Positions 22,567-34,657 of a stretch of 64,000 nt of DNA are shown piece by piece (the stretch's first letter is position 1; the number at the start of each line of letters is the position of its first letter). Source of the stretch: Azolla caroliniana (lineage: Eukaryota > Plantae > Polypodiophyta). The stretch spans positions 3,038,001-3,102,000 of the forward strand of contig JBHGNT010000002.1 in NCBI GenBank assembly GCA_043228905.1, given 5' to 3'. The position numbers and the translations under genes were made by a program. The notes under the pieces were generated by a model. That model worked only from the letters and a program-made list of their open reading frames with translations, did not search any database and was not told the origin of the DNA.

Positions 22567-24683
22567 TCTCGGTTTTCGGAACCGAGGGAGTCGCGGTTAC
22601 GTTCGTGGTTCGGCCGTACCGTCAGAAACTGGACCGAATGGTGCCCGTCTTGGCTTTTGACCCTCGCGTAGGCCGAACCATTGTCCAGGACCTTGGTCTC
22701 CATTCGTGCCGCCGTGATGTACGGCTCTCCCAGTATGACCGGATGCGAAGACGTCTCCTGCACGAAGAAGTGCTGGTCAATCTCGACGTCGCCGATCTTG
22801 ACTCGCACATTCGGACAGGCCCCGTGCAGTTCCTCGGTGGCGCGCGTTGCTGCCCTTATTTTCCACCCGTGCTTGGTGTTGATCGGCCATTTGCCCTTCT
22901 TATAGAAGTCCATGGACATCAAATTGATCTCCGATCCGTGGTCCACCAAAGCTATCACCGGTTCCTGGACATCGCCGATCTTTACCGGGGTTTCCGTGGT
23001 CGCTCGGGCCCAGTGTGGTCTCGAATAGTGGCTTTCCGCCCACTCGTCTCCCAGCGCCATGTCGTCTAGGTGCGTCGTCCGCACTTCCACCGGTCTTTCC
23101 GGTTCTGTCTCCGTTGACAGCCTCTTCCGTTTCACCAAGTCCACGATGGAGTCGTGGAACTCCTTCTTGGCGATTCCCAGCACCTCTCGTAACGACAGCT
23201 CCACCTTGCTGTCGAGGATCCGTTCCTCCAGGACCTTTCGTAAGTCCGTGGTCCTTTCTATCTCCGTCCCCAGACGGTACCCGCCCTTCTGGGGTTTATC
23301 TTGCGTACCGGCCCCGCCGGCTTCGTCCCGTCGTGGCCCGGACCGGGTCTCGTATCGTTGTGAGGGCCCGATCGTCCCGGGTTTCCCCACCCGCTTCTCT
23401 TCTACCAGAGCCTCGTAGTTCTGGCAAGCGGCTTCCACGAAGCCCGTCTTTTCCTCGACCGGGTCGCTCCACCCGGTCATCTCCCGTACCCGTTTCTCCG
23501 CACGGTCCGATTCCTCCCTTTTAAGCCTTGCACCGGCAAGGCCTTCCAGCATCGTCGGCCAGAATCCGGCTTTGCTTTCCCTTCGGGCCTCGCCGCCCCC
23601 GACTCGAATGCCGGCCGACGCCGAGTAGTGGACGGTTTCCGCGTGTCGGGCCGCCGCCTCTTCCATCAACCTTTTCATACCACCTCGCCCGTCGTTTCAG
23701 CTCAGGGCCCTCCGGGTGTCGCTGGCATGCACCCGTCCTTCCCACAGGTACACCACCCTGTTCCTCAGCGCCTCCGCGAAGTCGCCGCAGTCCTTCCGAA
23801 TGTGGCCGACTTCATCGCACCACATGCACCTGTTTCCTGCCGCCGGCCGTCGGTCACGAGCCGGTTCGCCACCTTCCCTTCGGGCTTGCGCGATTTGGAG
23901 GTCCTTTATCGCCCTCGTCAATTCCTCCAGCGCCGCTCCTCCGGTTGAGCCTCTGACTGCGCCGGTCGAAGCCGAACCGGTTTCCAACCACTCTCGGGTC
24001 TCTTCCTTTCGCACCTGTGGCGCTGGTTCGAGCTTCCTTGCTGCGACCGAGCCCGACCCGGTTGCCCCGTTATCCGCCCATTCTCGCCGTTTGTCGAAAC
24101 GGCCACAGACTTTCTTGACAGCCGCCCAGTCGGTAGTGAGCCCGTCTTCGGTTTCCAGCAAGAGGCCCACTTGCTCCCGATCCCGCTCGTCGACCGACTT
24201 GACAAACAGCAAGACCCGGCTCGTGTCCAGGATGGTTCGGTCGAGCGCCGAAAGGCGCGCAAAGTTTTCCTCGAACTCCCGGAGGAGTGCCGACGCGTTT
24301 CTTCCCTTCCCCGGGGACTCCACCCATTCCATGAACCTTCGCTTCGAAAGCCAGAGCGCGTCGTCCAGCCCGTATTTCTCTAGGAGCCGACCTTCGAACT
24401 CCTCCCAGGTACGGCTCTCCGCCCGCACCTCGAGCACCTCCGCATGGATGCTCGGCATCGCCACTCGGGGAAATCCGGCAAGACGCCTTTCTTCCGGAAT
24501 GTCCCGCATCAGCATCTCTGCACCGTAGGACGCCAAATACTTCGTGGCATCCTTCCCATCGAACCGGCCGATCGTGCCGACGACCGCCTCAATAGCTCTG
24601 TCGAGGGCACCAGTGCCCTCGCGCGCGTTTACAATCCGATCCACGGCCGAAGCCATGGCCTCTGCAAGATCCGACCCCCTCAT
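22557..24683 (-). pseudogene. gag: H2 Gag-protease ORF (in-frame TGA at 23697-23699)
   Basis: Nearly identical to H1, but lacks the H1 TAG (reads PQKGGY). Confidence 0.88.
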
Positions 24684-25902
24684 CTTCTGCTCTTCTGCCG
24701 CCTCCTTCACGTCGGGTTCACCAAGATGTCAAGATATTATGCAAGTGCGTGTGGAAACGAGGCGGGACCGCGGGGGTCTCGAACCAAAGAGCAAGCGAGG
24801 GAGGAGAAAGAGAGAGAACCGGCTACGCAGGACCGGGGATACACAGGGACACGGCCCTTCAGCACGGAGAACGCGAACAGACACCGACACAGACAGATGC
24901 GAATGACTAAATATGTATATCAACAAAAATGGCCAACACGACTACAACCCTCGATGGGGCACAGGCTGGTTACAACCGGACAGGCCGACGAACAGATGCC
25001 GATGCCTGTTCGCTTCGACGCCAAAGGGGCGGCAGGTCGGAGGTGCTGCCGGAAGCACTCGGGCATTCCTCGAAACAGCGCGAGCCTCCTCGGGACCCTG
25101 CACAGAAAGCTATGGAGCTCAAGAAGGAAGGGAACAGAGAGAGAAGCATCCAGAAACGGTCCGACAGCACTTCTTCCTCTCTGCGCCAGATCCCTGCAAC
25201 AGCTCTTTCCTGCTCCTTATATAGGCCAACGAGCAGGCCGTCATGTCAGCTTTATTCCCTGTCCCTTTTGAACAGGAATCCGCTCCGTTCTTCACGCATC
25301 CACCGCCGACTCGTACAGTTCATTAGCACGCGCGCGCGACCGAAAAGACTGTTCGCGCGGTCTTTGTCTCCACTTGTGCTAGGGCCCGTTCCTGCCGATT
25401 ATCCTCCTAATTCGCTTCTATGTACAACTTGGAGCGTGCGCGCGTGAAGAACCGGTTCCCACGCCTTGGTGCGCCGATTCCGCTTATGGACGGTTTTCTT
25501 CACGACACCGTGAAATCGTCCGAGAAGTACTCCTTGCGGCCATCCGATCGAAGACAACGTACATGTCGGCCTGTGGCTTTCTCGATTTCATTCTTGAATT
25601 TTTGGAAGTGTCCAAACACTTCGCTCTTTTGCCGCATCGGGTAGATCCAAGTGTGTCTGGAGAAGTTGTCGATGAAGAGCACGTAATATCGGCATCCGCC
25701 GAATGTAGCTGTCTGTGCCGGTCCCCATATGTCGGAATGGACTATGTCAAGTAGACCTTTGCTCACGTTCCACTCTTTCGGGAATGGGTGTCGGTGTTGC
25801 TTGCTGAATTGGTACGCTGTCGTAGTGTAGGTTGCACACTATGTGGAAATTATATTTTTGTCCCTCCGGATAGAGAATGGAGTGCTCGGTGAGAACCGGA
25901 AG

Positions 25903-25971
25903 AAAACGGCATACCGACAAGGAGGAAAACGGCATACCGGCAAGGAAGAAAACGGCATACCGGCAAGGAAG
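25903..25971 (+). repeat. 23-bp tandem repeat (3 copies in the 5' LTR of I, 1 copy in its 3' LTR)
   Basis: AAAACGGCATACCGRCAAGGARG occurs three times and explains most of the LTR length difference. Confidence 0.85.
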
Positions 25972-26666
25972 AGCCGGATAAAGAGACATAAATGTAAAAA
26001 AGAAGAAGAAGGAAATACTCACTACTGCGCAGGGCGTGGTTTGAACTCTGCACCTCCACGTTGGCAAACCCCAACCTTACCATTACATTAACCTATCTTA
26101 AGTGTTTTAAATATAGATTTAATACGTATAAGACCTTTATTTATGCATACCTTTATTAAAAGGTAAATCGTGTATTTTTTTAATATATGAAAAAGAAAAC
26201 ACGAGACACTAAAAATAACTCATGCACATCTAGCGTGCATGAGCCCTATACTTAGGAAATAAAAAAGCATCACATGCACATTTAGTGGACATGAACACTT
26301 TTTGTAAAAAAAAAGCATGAAGCCATGCTTAGCTCTTCCTTCCTTATATAAGGAGGAGAGAAATATATAAAGGGTTGTTGATTATTTGGATTAAGAATTA
26401 ATCAATACAAAAATTATTCGTAGGATTCACGATTTATACATCTACTTCTCTCTTAACACCCTAAGTACCAATTAATATAGTATACTCGTGTGATTCACGA
26501 GTTTCTTATCTTTCTCTTTGCTATTTACTCATAATTAATCTCTATCTCACGATCTTCTTTCTCCTAGTCCAAGACCTCTGTGGTTCCCACCCGACTCACG
26601 CAACGATCCGGAGCCGAAAGGCACGACACAGTTGGTGAACCCGACGTGAAGACGGGTGGCAAGGAG

Positions 26667-28706
26667 ATGGAGGCTCAACAAGCTAACAATATGATGGCGA
26701 TGTTCGAACGGATGCTTCAAGAACAACGCACGATGTCGGAGATTTCGGCATCAGTAGAGCGGCTCGTGCAACGCAACGGGCAATTTAATGGTAAGGATGT
26801 GTCGCGATATTTGCAGGACTACAAGGCGGAGATGCTCCGGTGCCGGGCTTCGGAAGGACTGCAAGTGACATCCTTTAACCGGGTGGCGACCGACGGGCTT
26901 CAAGGGAGTATCCACAGGTTGCAACAACAAAATCCGACGTGGGAAGCATTCGAAGAGGCGTTAAAGACCACGTTTGCCATCGAGGACTCCTCCAAGGCAA
27001 CGCGGAGGGGATTCGAGGATTGGGTGGAAACGTCAGGTAAGGGGCTGAAGGTCCTCGAAGTGTTTTCGACATTCGAAAGTCGGTTCGGGAGGTTGTCCGC
27101 GAGAGATCAAACTATTCTTGCACCGGACAAAGTCATCATGTTTTTGCGAGCTGTGGACGTCCGGGACCGGAAAGATCTCGGAGTGCTTCTTGAGGACACG
27201 ACCACCGAAAGCGGCCTCACCGAAACATGGGAAAGCGTGCGGGATATCGTCGCGCGGTACACGAAGAGGGGGCAATGGCTTGCCAACGAAGAAAAGAAGG
27301 TTTCGGAACCGATTCCGAAACCGTGAACGGGACTGGAAGACCATCAACCGAGGGCTCGGGAGATTACGGCCGAGAAGGGAGTCGACGCGTCTACGGTGGA
27401 GCAGCTGCTGAAGGAGATGGAGAATCTAAAGATCGCGATGGTGAAGAAGTCGGATGACCGCCCCACAAGCTCCAAATATATGGATCGACGGTGCATATGG
27501 TGCGATAGCGCCGAACACGATCGGAGGGATTGCGACGACCATAAGGAGGCGCTACGACGGGATCTCATCTACTACGAGGGAAACCGGATTCATTCGATGG
27601 ACTCTCGGAAGCCACTCCGACCGAACTTCCGGAAAGGCGGCATGAAGAAGGTGCTCGAGGAGGAGTTAGCGGCAAGAAGCAACTATGCGACAACCGCGGG
27701 AATATGTGTCGGGGAGTCAACGGGAGCGAAGGCGTCTTTCTGGCCGGAGGTGCTAGGAAACACTGAGAAAACCGACTCCAACGATATCCGAAACACCGCG
27801 GAAGGCGTCCGGGAAGCTACGGGATGGGAGTGCCCTGTCGACAAGAATAGCATATACGCCCTGTGTCAATTACATGAGGTGTATGTGGACGAGAAACGAC
27901 GGCGCACGGAGGATGCGGCCGGACCATCGAAGATACCGGAAAGCTGGAACTCCGGAGGTAAGGGAAAAGAAAAGGCGACTCCGGCATTCAAGCTCGCCTC
28001 GGACATAGAACAACAAACCGACTTGAAAAGAGTGTTCGAGGAAAGAATCTTGGATAGCCGGGTAGATTTTTCGCTGCGGGAACTACTCGGAATAGCGAAG
28101 AAGGAGTTTCACGATCTTCTCGTGGATCTCGTGAAAAGGAAGAGACAAAGTACGGAGGAAAATGCTCCAAGGGTGAATGCAAATACCGTTTCAATGAACG
28201 ACACCGAAGTGGAAGGCGAAATTCCAAACTCCCACTATACAAGGCCACACTGGGCACGTGCGACTACGGAGACTCCGGTCCGAATCGGCAACATCAAAGA
28301 ACCCGTGCTAGCATTGATTGATCACGGATCGGAGATCAACTTGATGTCCAAGGAGTTCTACCGAAAGGAGAAGTGGCCTATAAACACCAACCATGGATGG
28401 AAGATTCGGGCAGCCACGAAAACGACAGAAGACCTATTTGCGGCTTGTCCGGATGTGATGGTAAAGATCGGGGATGTCGAAATTGACCAAAATTTCTTTG
28501 TGCAGGATGAGGTTTCACATTCTGTCATCCTCGGCCAACCCTTTATCACGGCTTCACGGATGGAGACGAAGGTGCTCGATAGTGGTGCGGCTTTTGCGCG
28601 AATTCGGAGCCAAAACGGAGGGAAATCCGTCCAATTCCTAACGGTGCCGGCAAATCACGAAAGGAACAAGAGGTAACTCTTGTCCCAAGTGAGAATGGAT
28701 TTTTAA
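26667..28706 (+). pseudogene. gag: Element I Gag-protease ORF (in-frame stops at 27324 and 28674)
   Basis: GQFNGKDVSRYL, CIWCDSAEHDRRDC and ALIDHGSEINLM lie in one frame, which ends ...MDF* at the slippery site. Confidence 0.88.
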
Positions 28707-31700
28707 AGCGGACTGTTGCGGAGTGGGGAAGTGATAGTCCGAGAAGCCCTGATACCCCACACAGGAAGAAAACTCTCGGAGCAAAACAAGTACGAATCGG
28801 CCCGGATGGGGCATCTACGTACACGGCCGTAACCGGAGGAATGAAGAAACAATACCGACAAGTGGAGGATAAGTTACGGTCGGCATCAATAATAAAAGAA
28901 GACGAAGAAATCGTGGGAGTGATCGAGGAAGTGTTCTATGGGAATACACTACAACGGCTTGAAGAGCTTGCGGAAGATAAAAGCCAAGGGAACCGGGTAG
29001 TCCCGGTGGAATCGGTCGAGATGTACGAGATCGTTGCGAAAATGGGGCCGGATGCGCTCCGCAAAGAAGAAGCAATGGTAAGTACGAAATACAAGACCGT
29101 GGAGAAGAAGGTGAAACCGGCCGCGGGACCACTACCCGCCGATAGCGAACAAAAGAAGAAAGAAGTCTCGGGAGATCCGACACTTCGGAAGTCCGTGGAT
29201 ATCGGACATGCCTTCACAGATGAGACCCGGAAGAAACGTCGGATCGGTGGAGGTGGGTTCCTCTTACAAGAAGAAGAAAAACGGTTTCGAGAGATGTTGG
29301 AGCAACATGGCAAAGCATTCGCGTTCACATCGAGGGAGATCGGATGCATTGATCCAAAGATAGTGGAGCCGATGGTGATTTTCACGATTGATCATGTACC
29401 GTGGAACCTGAAGCCGATTCCGGTGCCACGGGCGCATATTCCGAAAGTCATCGACTTGCTCAAGGAGAAGGTGGCGATGTGGATTCTAGAGCCATCAAGT
29501 GCTCCGTACTCAAATCGATGGTTTACGGTTCCGAAGAAGAATGGGTCACTCCGATTCATCCAAGACTTGCAACCGGTGAACAAGGTCACGATCCGGAACT
29601 CGGGAGTCGGTCCGATAGTGGACGAATTCGCGGAAGCTTTTGCCGGACGTGCGATATACTCCATCGGGGACCTATACTCGGGGTATGACCAATTCCAACT
29701 AGCCATGGAGAGCCGAGACATCACTACCATGCGGACACCGATAGGACTAGTTCGAATGTGCACACTACCACAAGGAGCGACAAACTCGGTTGCACATATG
29801 ATGAACGCGATGAACAAGGTGCTTCGAGATTGCATCCCGGAGATAACGATGGCGTTTCTAGATGACATTCCGATGAAAGGATGCGCGGTGGAAGAAAAAG
29901 ATGAGACTATGGATGATCGGGGATGCCGAAAGTTCGTGGTCGACCATATTCATGATTGCGAGAAAGTGTTGCGAAAGCTAGAAGATGTGCACCTAACACT
30001 TTCCGGGGAGAAATCGGCATTCGGGCAAGAAGAAATATTGGTGGTCGGACATCTATGTGGACCCTACGGCCGAAGACCGTCACCAACAAAGATCGATGCG
30101 ATTCAAGCTATGAAGGAAGTATGTGAGTCAACATCGGAAGTCCGAAGGTTTCTGGGTGCGTGTGCATTCTATCACATATGGATTCCGCACTATGCACATA
30201 TAGCGGACCCGCTCTATCACTTGTTGCAGAAAGGTAAGAAATTCGAGTGGAAACCGGAACACACTAAAGCCATGAGGAAGCTCAAGAAGACACTATGGAG
30301 GGCGGAATCACTTAAGAAGCCAAGCTACGAGCGGCCAATCATAGTAACGGTTGATACAAGTCCAACCGGTATCGGGTGGGTCATCAATCAAGCCGACTCG
30401 GATGGTTCGCGGTATCCGATCCGATTTGGAGCAAAGGTCCTCAACGAAAGGCAACGCGGATATGCACAAGTCAAAAGAGAATTGTGGGGAGTCGTGTCGG
30501 CGATAAAATCGGATCGGGATTATTTGATCGGAGCTGAAGTGGTGATCGAGACGGATTGTCTTCCGATACTCGGGATGATGCGGTGTTGTACGATACCGGA
30601 TGTGGCTATGCTAAGGTGGATTGCATATGTCAAGTCACTTAATCCGGAGGTTCGACACATCTCGGGGAAGGACAACGCGGTAGCGGACATGTTATCGAGG
30701 GCGCGGTTTGAAGACGACATAACCGAATCAGATAATGAAGAAGTTTCCGAAGACTACTTCACGTCAGAACACATATGCCGAGTGAACGTGATCCGAGAAT
30801 TCCGGGAAGAAGAATACGAGGGGGAAACCTTGATGATCGGGAAGATGCTACAAGAGGTCGAGGATTCAACCAATGATAAAGAAAGGAGAGCCGAGATCTG
30901 AAGGAAGAAGAGGCAAGTCCAAAAGTTCTTCTTGGAAAACGGTTTAATATGGAGGACGCCGAAAAGACCGGATGGGATACCACTTCGAGTAGTCGGGACG
31001 AAAGAGCAACGAAACCGGATAATGTTCGAGTTCCACGAATCCGATTGGGCTGGACATCGAGGAACATGGGCAACTTTTGTGAAAATCAAGCAAAGATATT
31101 GGTGGAAGAACATGTATAAAGATGTCGCGGAGTTCACAGAAAGCTGCGAGAAATGTCAAGTCTACTACGGGGTCCGACACCGAGATGAGCTGCATCCGAC
31201 ATTCTCACCGACAATCAACTTCAAGTGGATGGTCGACATTGTAGCTATGCCGACCGGGATTGGACAAAAGAAATACTTGGTGTTAGCTCGAGAAGATCTC
31301 ACAAACCAAGTTGAAGGTCGAGCGCTTCGGAGGAAAACGTGTGCCGCGGTGTGCCAATTTCTTTTGGAAGAAGTGTTTTGTAGGTACGGCTGCGTAGGAC
31401 AAGTGATTGCGGACCGGGGAGAACTCGACTCGGACAAAGCTAGGGGATTCTTCGCCAAACATGGAGTTCGGTTAACGTTGACAACGGCCTACAATCCGGA
31501 GGCCAACGGGAAGATCGAACGAGGACATAGTCCGATCGTGAAAGCACTTGCAAAGGCATGCGACGGAAGGGTGAAGGATTGGCCACAAATGCTTCCGTAT
31601 GCACTATGGACGGATCGGACGACGCATAGCTCCGTGACCGGTTACATGCCGGCAGAACTCATGACCGGACAAGCACCGATAATGCCAACGGAAACCGCAA

Positions 31701-32308
31701 TCGCGACATGGACAATACTACCGTGGAAGGAAGAGATGAGCCGGGAAGAACTACTAGCGGTCCGGATACGACAACTGGAGGGAAAACCGAAAGATGTAGC
31801 GGAAGCGTCACGCCGACAACAAGAAGCACGGTTCCGGAACAAAAGCCAGTTCGACACAAAGCACCGACTACGACCGAGGAGGATTGAAGAAGGAGATTGG
31901 GTGATCGTCTATGATAGTAGCTTGGACCATCAACATACAACGATGCGGAAATTCGCGAAAAGGTGGTTCGGGCCGTACGAGGTTCGGAAGGTCTTCGACA
32001 ACGGGACGTACCGACTGTCCGAGTTGGATGGAACAATACTACGAGTGCCTATAGCCGGGAAGCAGGTGAAGATTTTCAAGAAGCGGACCGACGACAAACC
32101 TTGTGTGATCCAAGTCGAGGCCGACAACGAGGAGCAATCAGACGAAGACCACGATGATGCGGGAAGCGAAGAAAGTGGATTACAACTCATAGTCGACATA
32201 AGGGGAGAATCGGAGGAAGCTTCGGATGAAGACGGATACGAAGAATCAAGAACTTCGGCACATACCGGAGGATGTGCGGGTTTGGAGGGGGCGAGTGTCG
32301 TAGTGTAG
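28697..32308 (+). pseudogene. pol: Element I RT-RNaseH-integrase ORF in the -1 frame (one TGA at 30899)
   Basis: The frame is open from GGATTTT (28697) onward; motifs FLDDIPMKG, VTVDTSPTGIG, HESDWAGH...CEKC, IADRGE and WFGPY. Confidence 0.92.
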
Positions 32309-33061
32309 GTTGCACACTATGTGGAAATTATATTTTTGTCCCTCCGGATAGAGAATGGAGTGCTCGGTGAGAACCGGAAGAAAACGGCATACCGGCAAGG
32401 AAGAGCCGGATAAAGAGACATAAATGTAAAAAAAGAAGAAGAAGGAAATACTCACTATTGCGCAGGGCATGATTCGAACTCTGCACCTCCACGTTGACTA
32501 ACCCCAACCTTACCATTACATTAACCTATCTTAAGTGTTTTAAATATAGATTTAATACGTATAAGACCTTTATTTATGCATACCTTTATTAAAAGGTAAA
32601 TCGTGTATTTTTTTAATATATGAAAAAGAAAACACGAGACACTAAAAATAACTCATGCACATCTAGCGTGCATGAGCCCTATACTTAGGAAATAAAAAAG
32701 CATCACATGCACATTTAGTGGACATGAACACTTTTTGTAAAAAAAAAGCATGAAGCCATGCTTAGCTCTTCCTTCCTTATATAAGGAGGAGAGAAATATA
32801 TAAAGGGTTGTTGATTATTTGGATTAAGAATTAATCAATACAAAAATTATTCGTGGGATTCACGATTTATACATCTACTTCTCTCTTAACACCCTAAGTA
32901 CCAATTAATATAGTATACTCGTGTGATTCACGAGTTTCTTATCTTTCTCTTTGCTATTTACTCATAATTAATCTCTATCTCAAGATCTTCTTTCTCCTAG
33001 TCCAAGACCTCTGTGGTTCCCACCCGACTCACGCAACGATCCGGAGCCGAAAGGCACGACA

Positions 33062-34657
33062 ACGCTTCGCATACACCTTCAATCTCCTTCTCTTTGAATG
33101 TTGGGAGTCCGATGACAACTCCTTTCGATTTCATTGCTTTGAGCTTTTGGAGATTTATATGGCCAATCCGCTTGTGCCACAACTCTATGTCGGAGTCGGC
33201 TTTCATGCCCTTTGCGAACATGGCCGATTTCATCTCGTGTGAGTCGAGAATGAACATTTGGTCCTCTCTTCGTCCGTGTGCAATGTGTCGGCCCTCTTTT
33301 TCGATGAAGCAACCACCTTGATTAAATCGAACTTGCATCCCTTGCTCTACAATTTGGCCGACGGAGACCAAATTCTTCGTAATGGTCGGTACATGCAAGA
33401 CATTTTTAATGTAATTTTGCTTACCTTCTTTTCCGAATGGAACATTGCCGATGTGCCGAATCGGGTGCATAGTGTCGTCTCTGGTTTCGACATAGCCGGG
33501 TTGGTCCAGCTCTCGAAGTTCTCGGAACCATTCTTGATGCGATGTCATATGGTTCGAGGCACCAGAATCGATGAACCATACGTCTTCCAGACCGGAGGCA
33601 CTAGTTGAGGTAGAGGCTGATATAGAGTTTGCTCTATGTTTCATCATGAACATTCCGCCACGGTCGGAGTTGTGTGCATACATTCTGCCACGATCTTCGT
33701 AGTCGGAGTTGTGCCCGTACATTCCGCCATGGTCGCAGTTGTGTGCATACATTCCGCCACGATCTTCGTAGTCGGAGTTGTGCGCGTAGTTCGTGAGTTG
33801 TCGGCTTGTGGAAGCCGTTTCACGCATCTTCTTTCGGCACTCTTCTTCGTGGTGGCCGAGCTTTCCGCAATATCTGCATTCGGTTGCGTTTTGACGGCTC
33901 GGGCCGGAGTGGAAGCTCCCCCTTCTTGCGAAAGTTCCTCGTTGGCTTCCGTTTTGCGGCCGAAATTGGGAGTTGTTGTCGTAGGTCGGACCTCGTCCGC
34001 CTTGTCCTTGGCTGAATCGGCCTCTCGCTCGTCTGCGTCCTCTTCCTCCGTTCGAGTGCGTGTAGAGCATGTGGCCTTCCGACTCATTGCTCATTGTACG
34101 CATGTGGTTTTCATTGACCAATAGCATTGATTGGAGCTCGAAGAAGGAGGGAGATTTCTCCCTTGCTAGAACGGCGGTTCACATCGCGCCGAACCGTGGT
34201 GCGAGGCCACTGAGGCATATTTGCACCATCTCATCATCATCGATACTTACGCTTATTGATCCAAGCGAGTCGCAAAGTTCCTTGATCTTCAAGGTGTATG
34301 TCGTGATGGACATGTCCCTTTGTTGAATGTTGTTCAACTCTTGGCGGAGTTGAAGCTTCCTCGCGGTCGTGTTGGCACGAAAATCTTTCGTAGATTTTCC
34401 CACGCTTCCTTCGGCGTCTTGGCTTCTCGAATGTAACCAAGCATGTGTTCGTGAACACATGTTGCCAAACAATACATCACGTGGCTTGCGGCTTGCTCCC
34501 ATGTCACGTATCCGGGAGCCGTGTCGACGGGTCGGTCTTCATGCGTTCCTTTGATGTAGCTCCAATAGCCTTGTCCGACAAGGTATTGGTGCATCTTGTA
34601 CTCCCAAGATGTGAAGTTGTTTCGATCCAACTTCTCGGTAGGGAGAGCGCTCCCCAT
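33062..34657 (-). pseudogene. Copia C gag-protease-GAG-pre-integrase (frameshift near 34385)
   Basis: KLDRNNFTSWEYKM, CRYCGKLGHHEEEC, WFIDSGASNHM and WHKRIGH; includes HNSDYEDRGGMY-type peptide repeats at about 33650-33790. Confidence 0.88.

Larger units (their letters stand above)
18747..25507 (-). mobile_element. Gypsy H2, near-identical inverted copy of H1, with truncated 3' LTR
   Basis: 5' LTR at 24727-25507, PBS at 24707-24723, partial 3' LTR at 18747-19006. Inserted in the C integrase with a 4-bp TSD ACGG (25508-25511 minus strand; second copy at 18574-18577). Confidence 0.92.
25818..33061 (+). mobile_element. Full-length gypsy I, tRNA-Trp-primed, a divergent relative of H
   Basis: LTRs at 25818-26628 and 32296-33061 (TGTCG...CGACA). 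4-bp TSD ACGC at 25814-25817 and 33062-33065. PBS at 26633-26649. PPT GGAGGGGGCGAG before 32296. Inserted in the integrase zinc-finger region of Copia C. Confidence 0.95.

Noticed and set aside
11502-25447. Many 100-275 aa antisense or alternative-frame ORFs over H1 and H2
   Set aside because: These are expected in GC-rich coding DNA. They recur only because H1 and H2 are near-identical, and I found no independent support for function.
26661-26669. Shine-Dalgarno-like AAGGAG before the gag ATG (similar in G and J)
   Set aside because: The context is eukaryotic, the motif is absent in H, and the purine-rich stretch adjoins the U5-leader stem, which explains it adequately.
11442-33061. GC-rich blocks as bacterial or fungal contamination
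   Set aside because: They are bounded by LTRs and 4-bp TSDs that precisely split a plant copia reading frame, so they are integrated.
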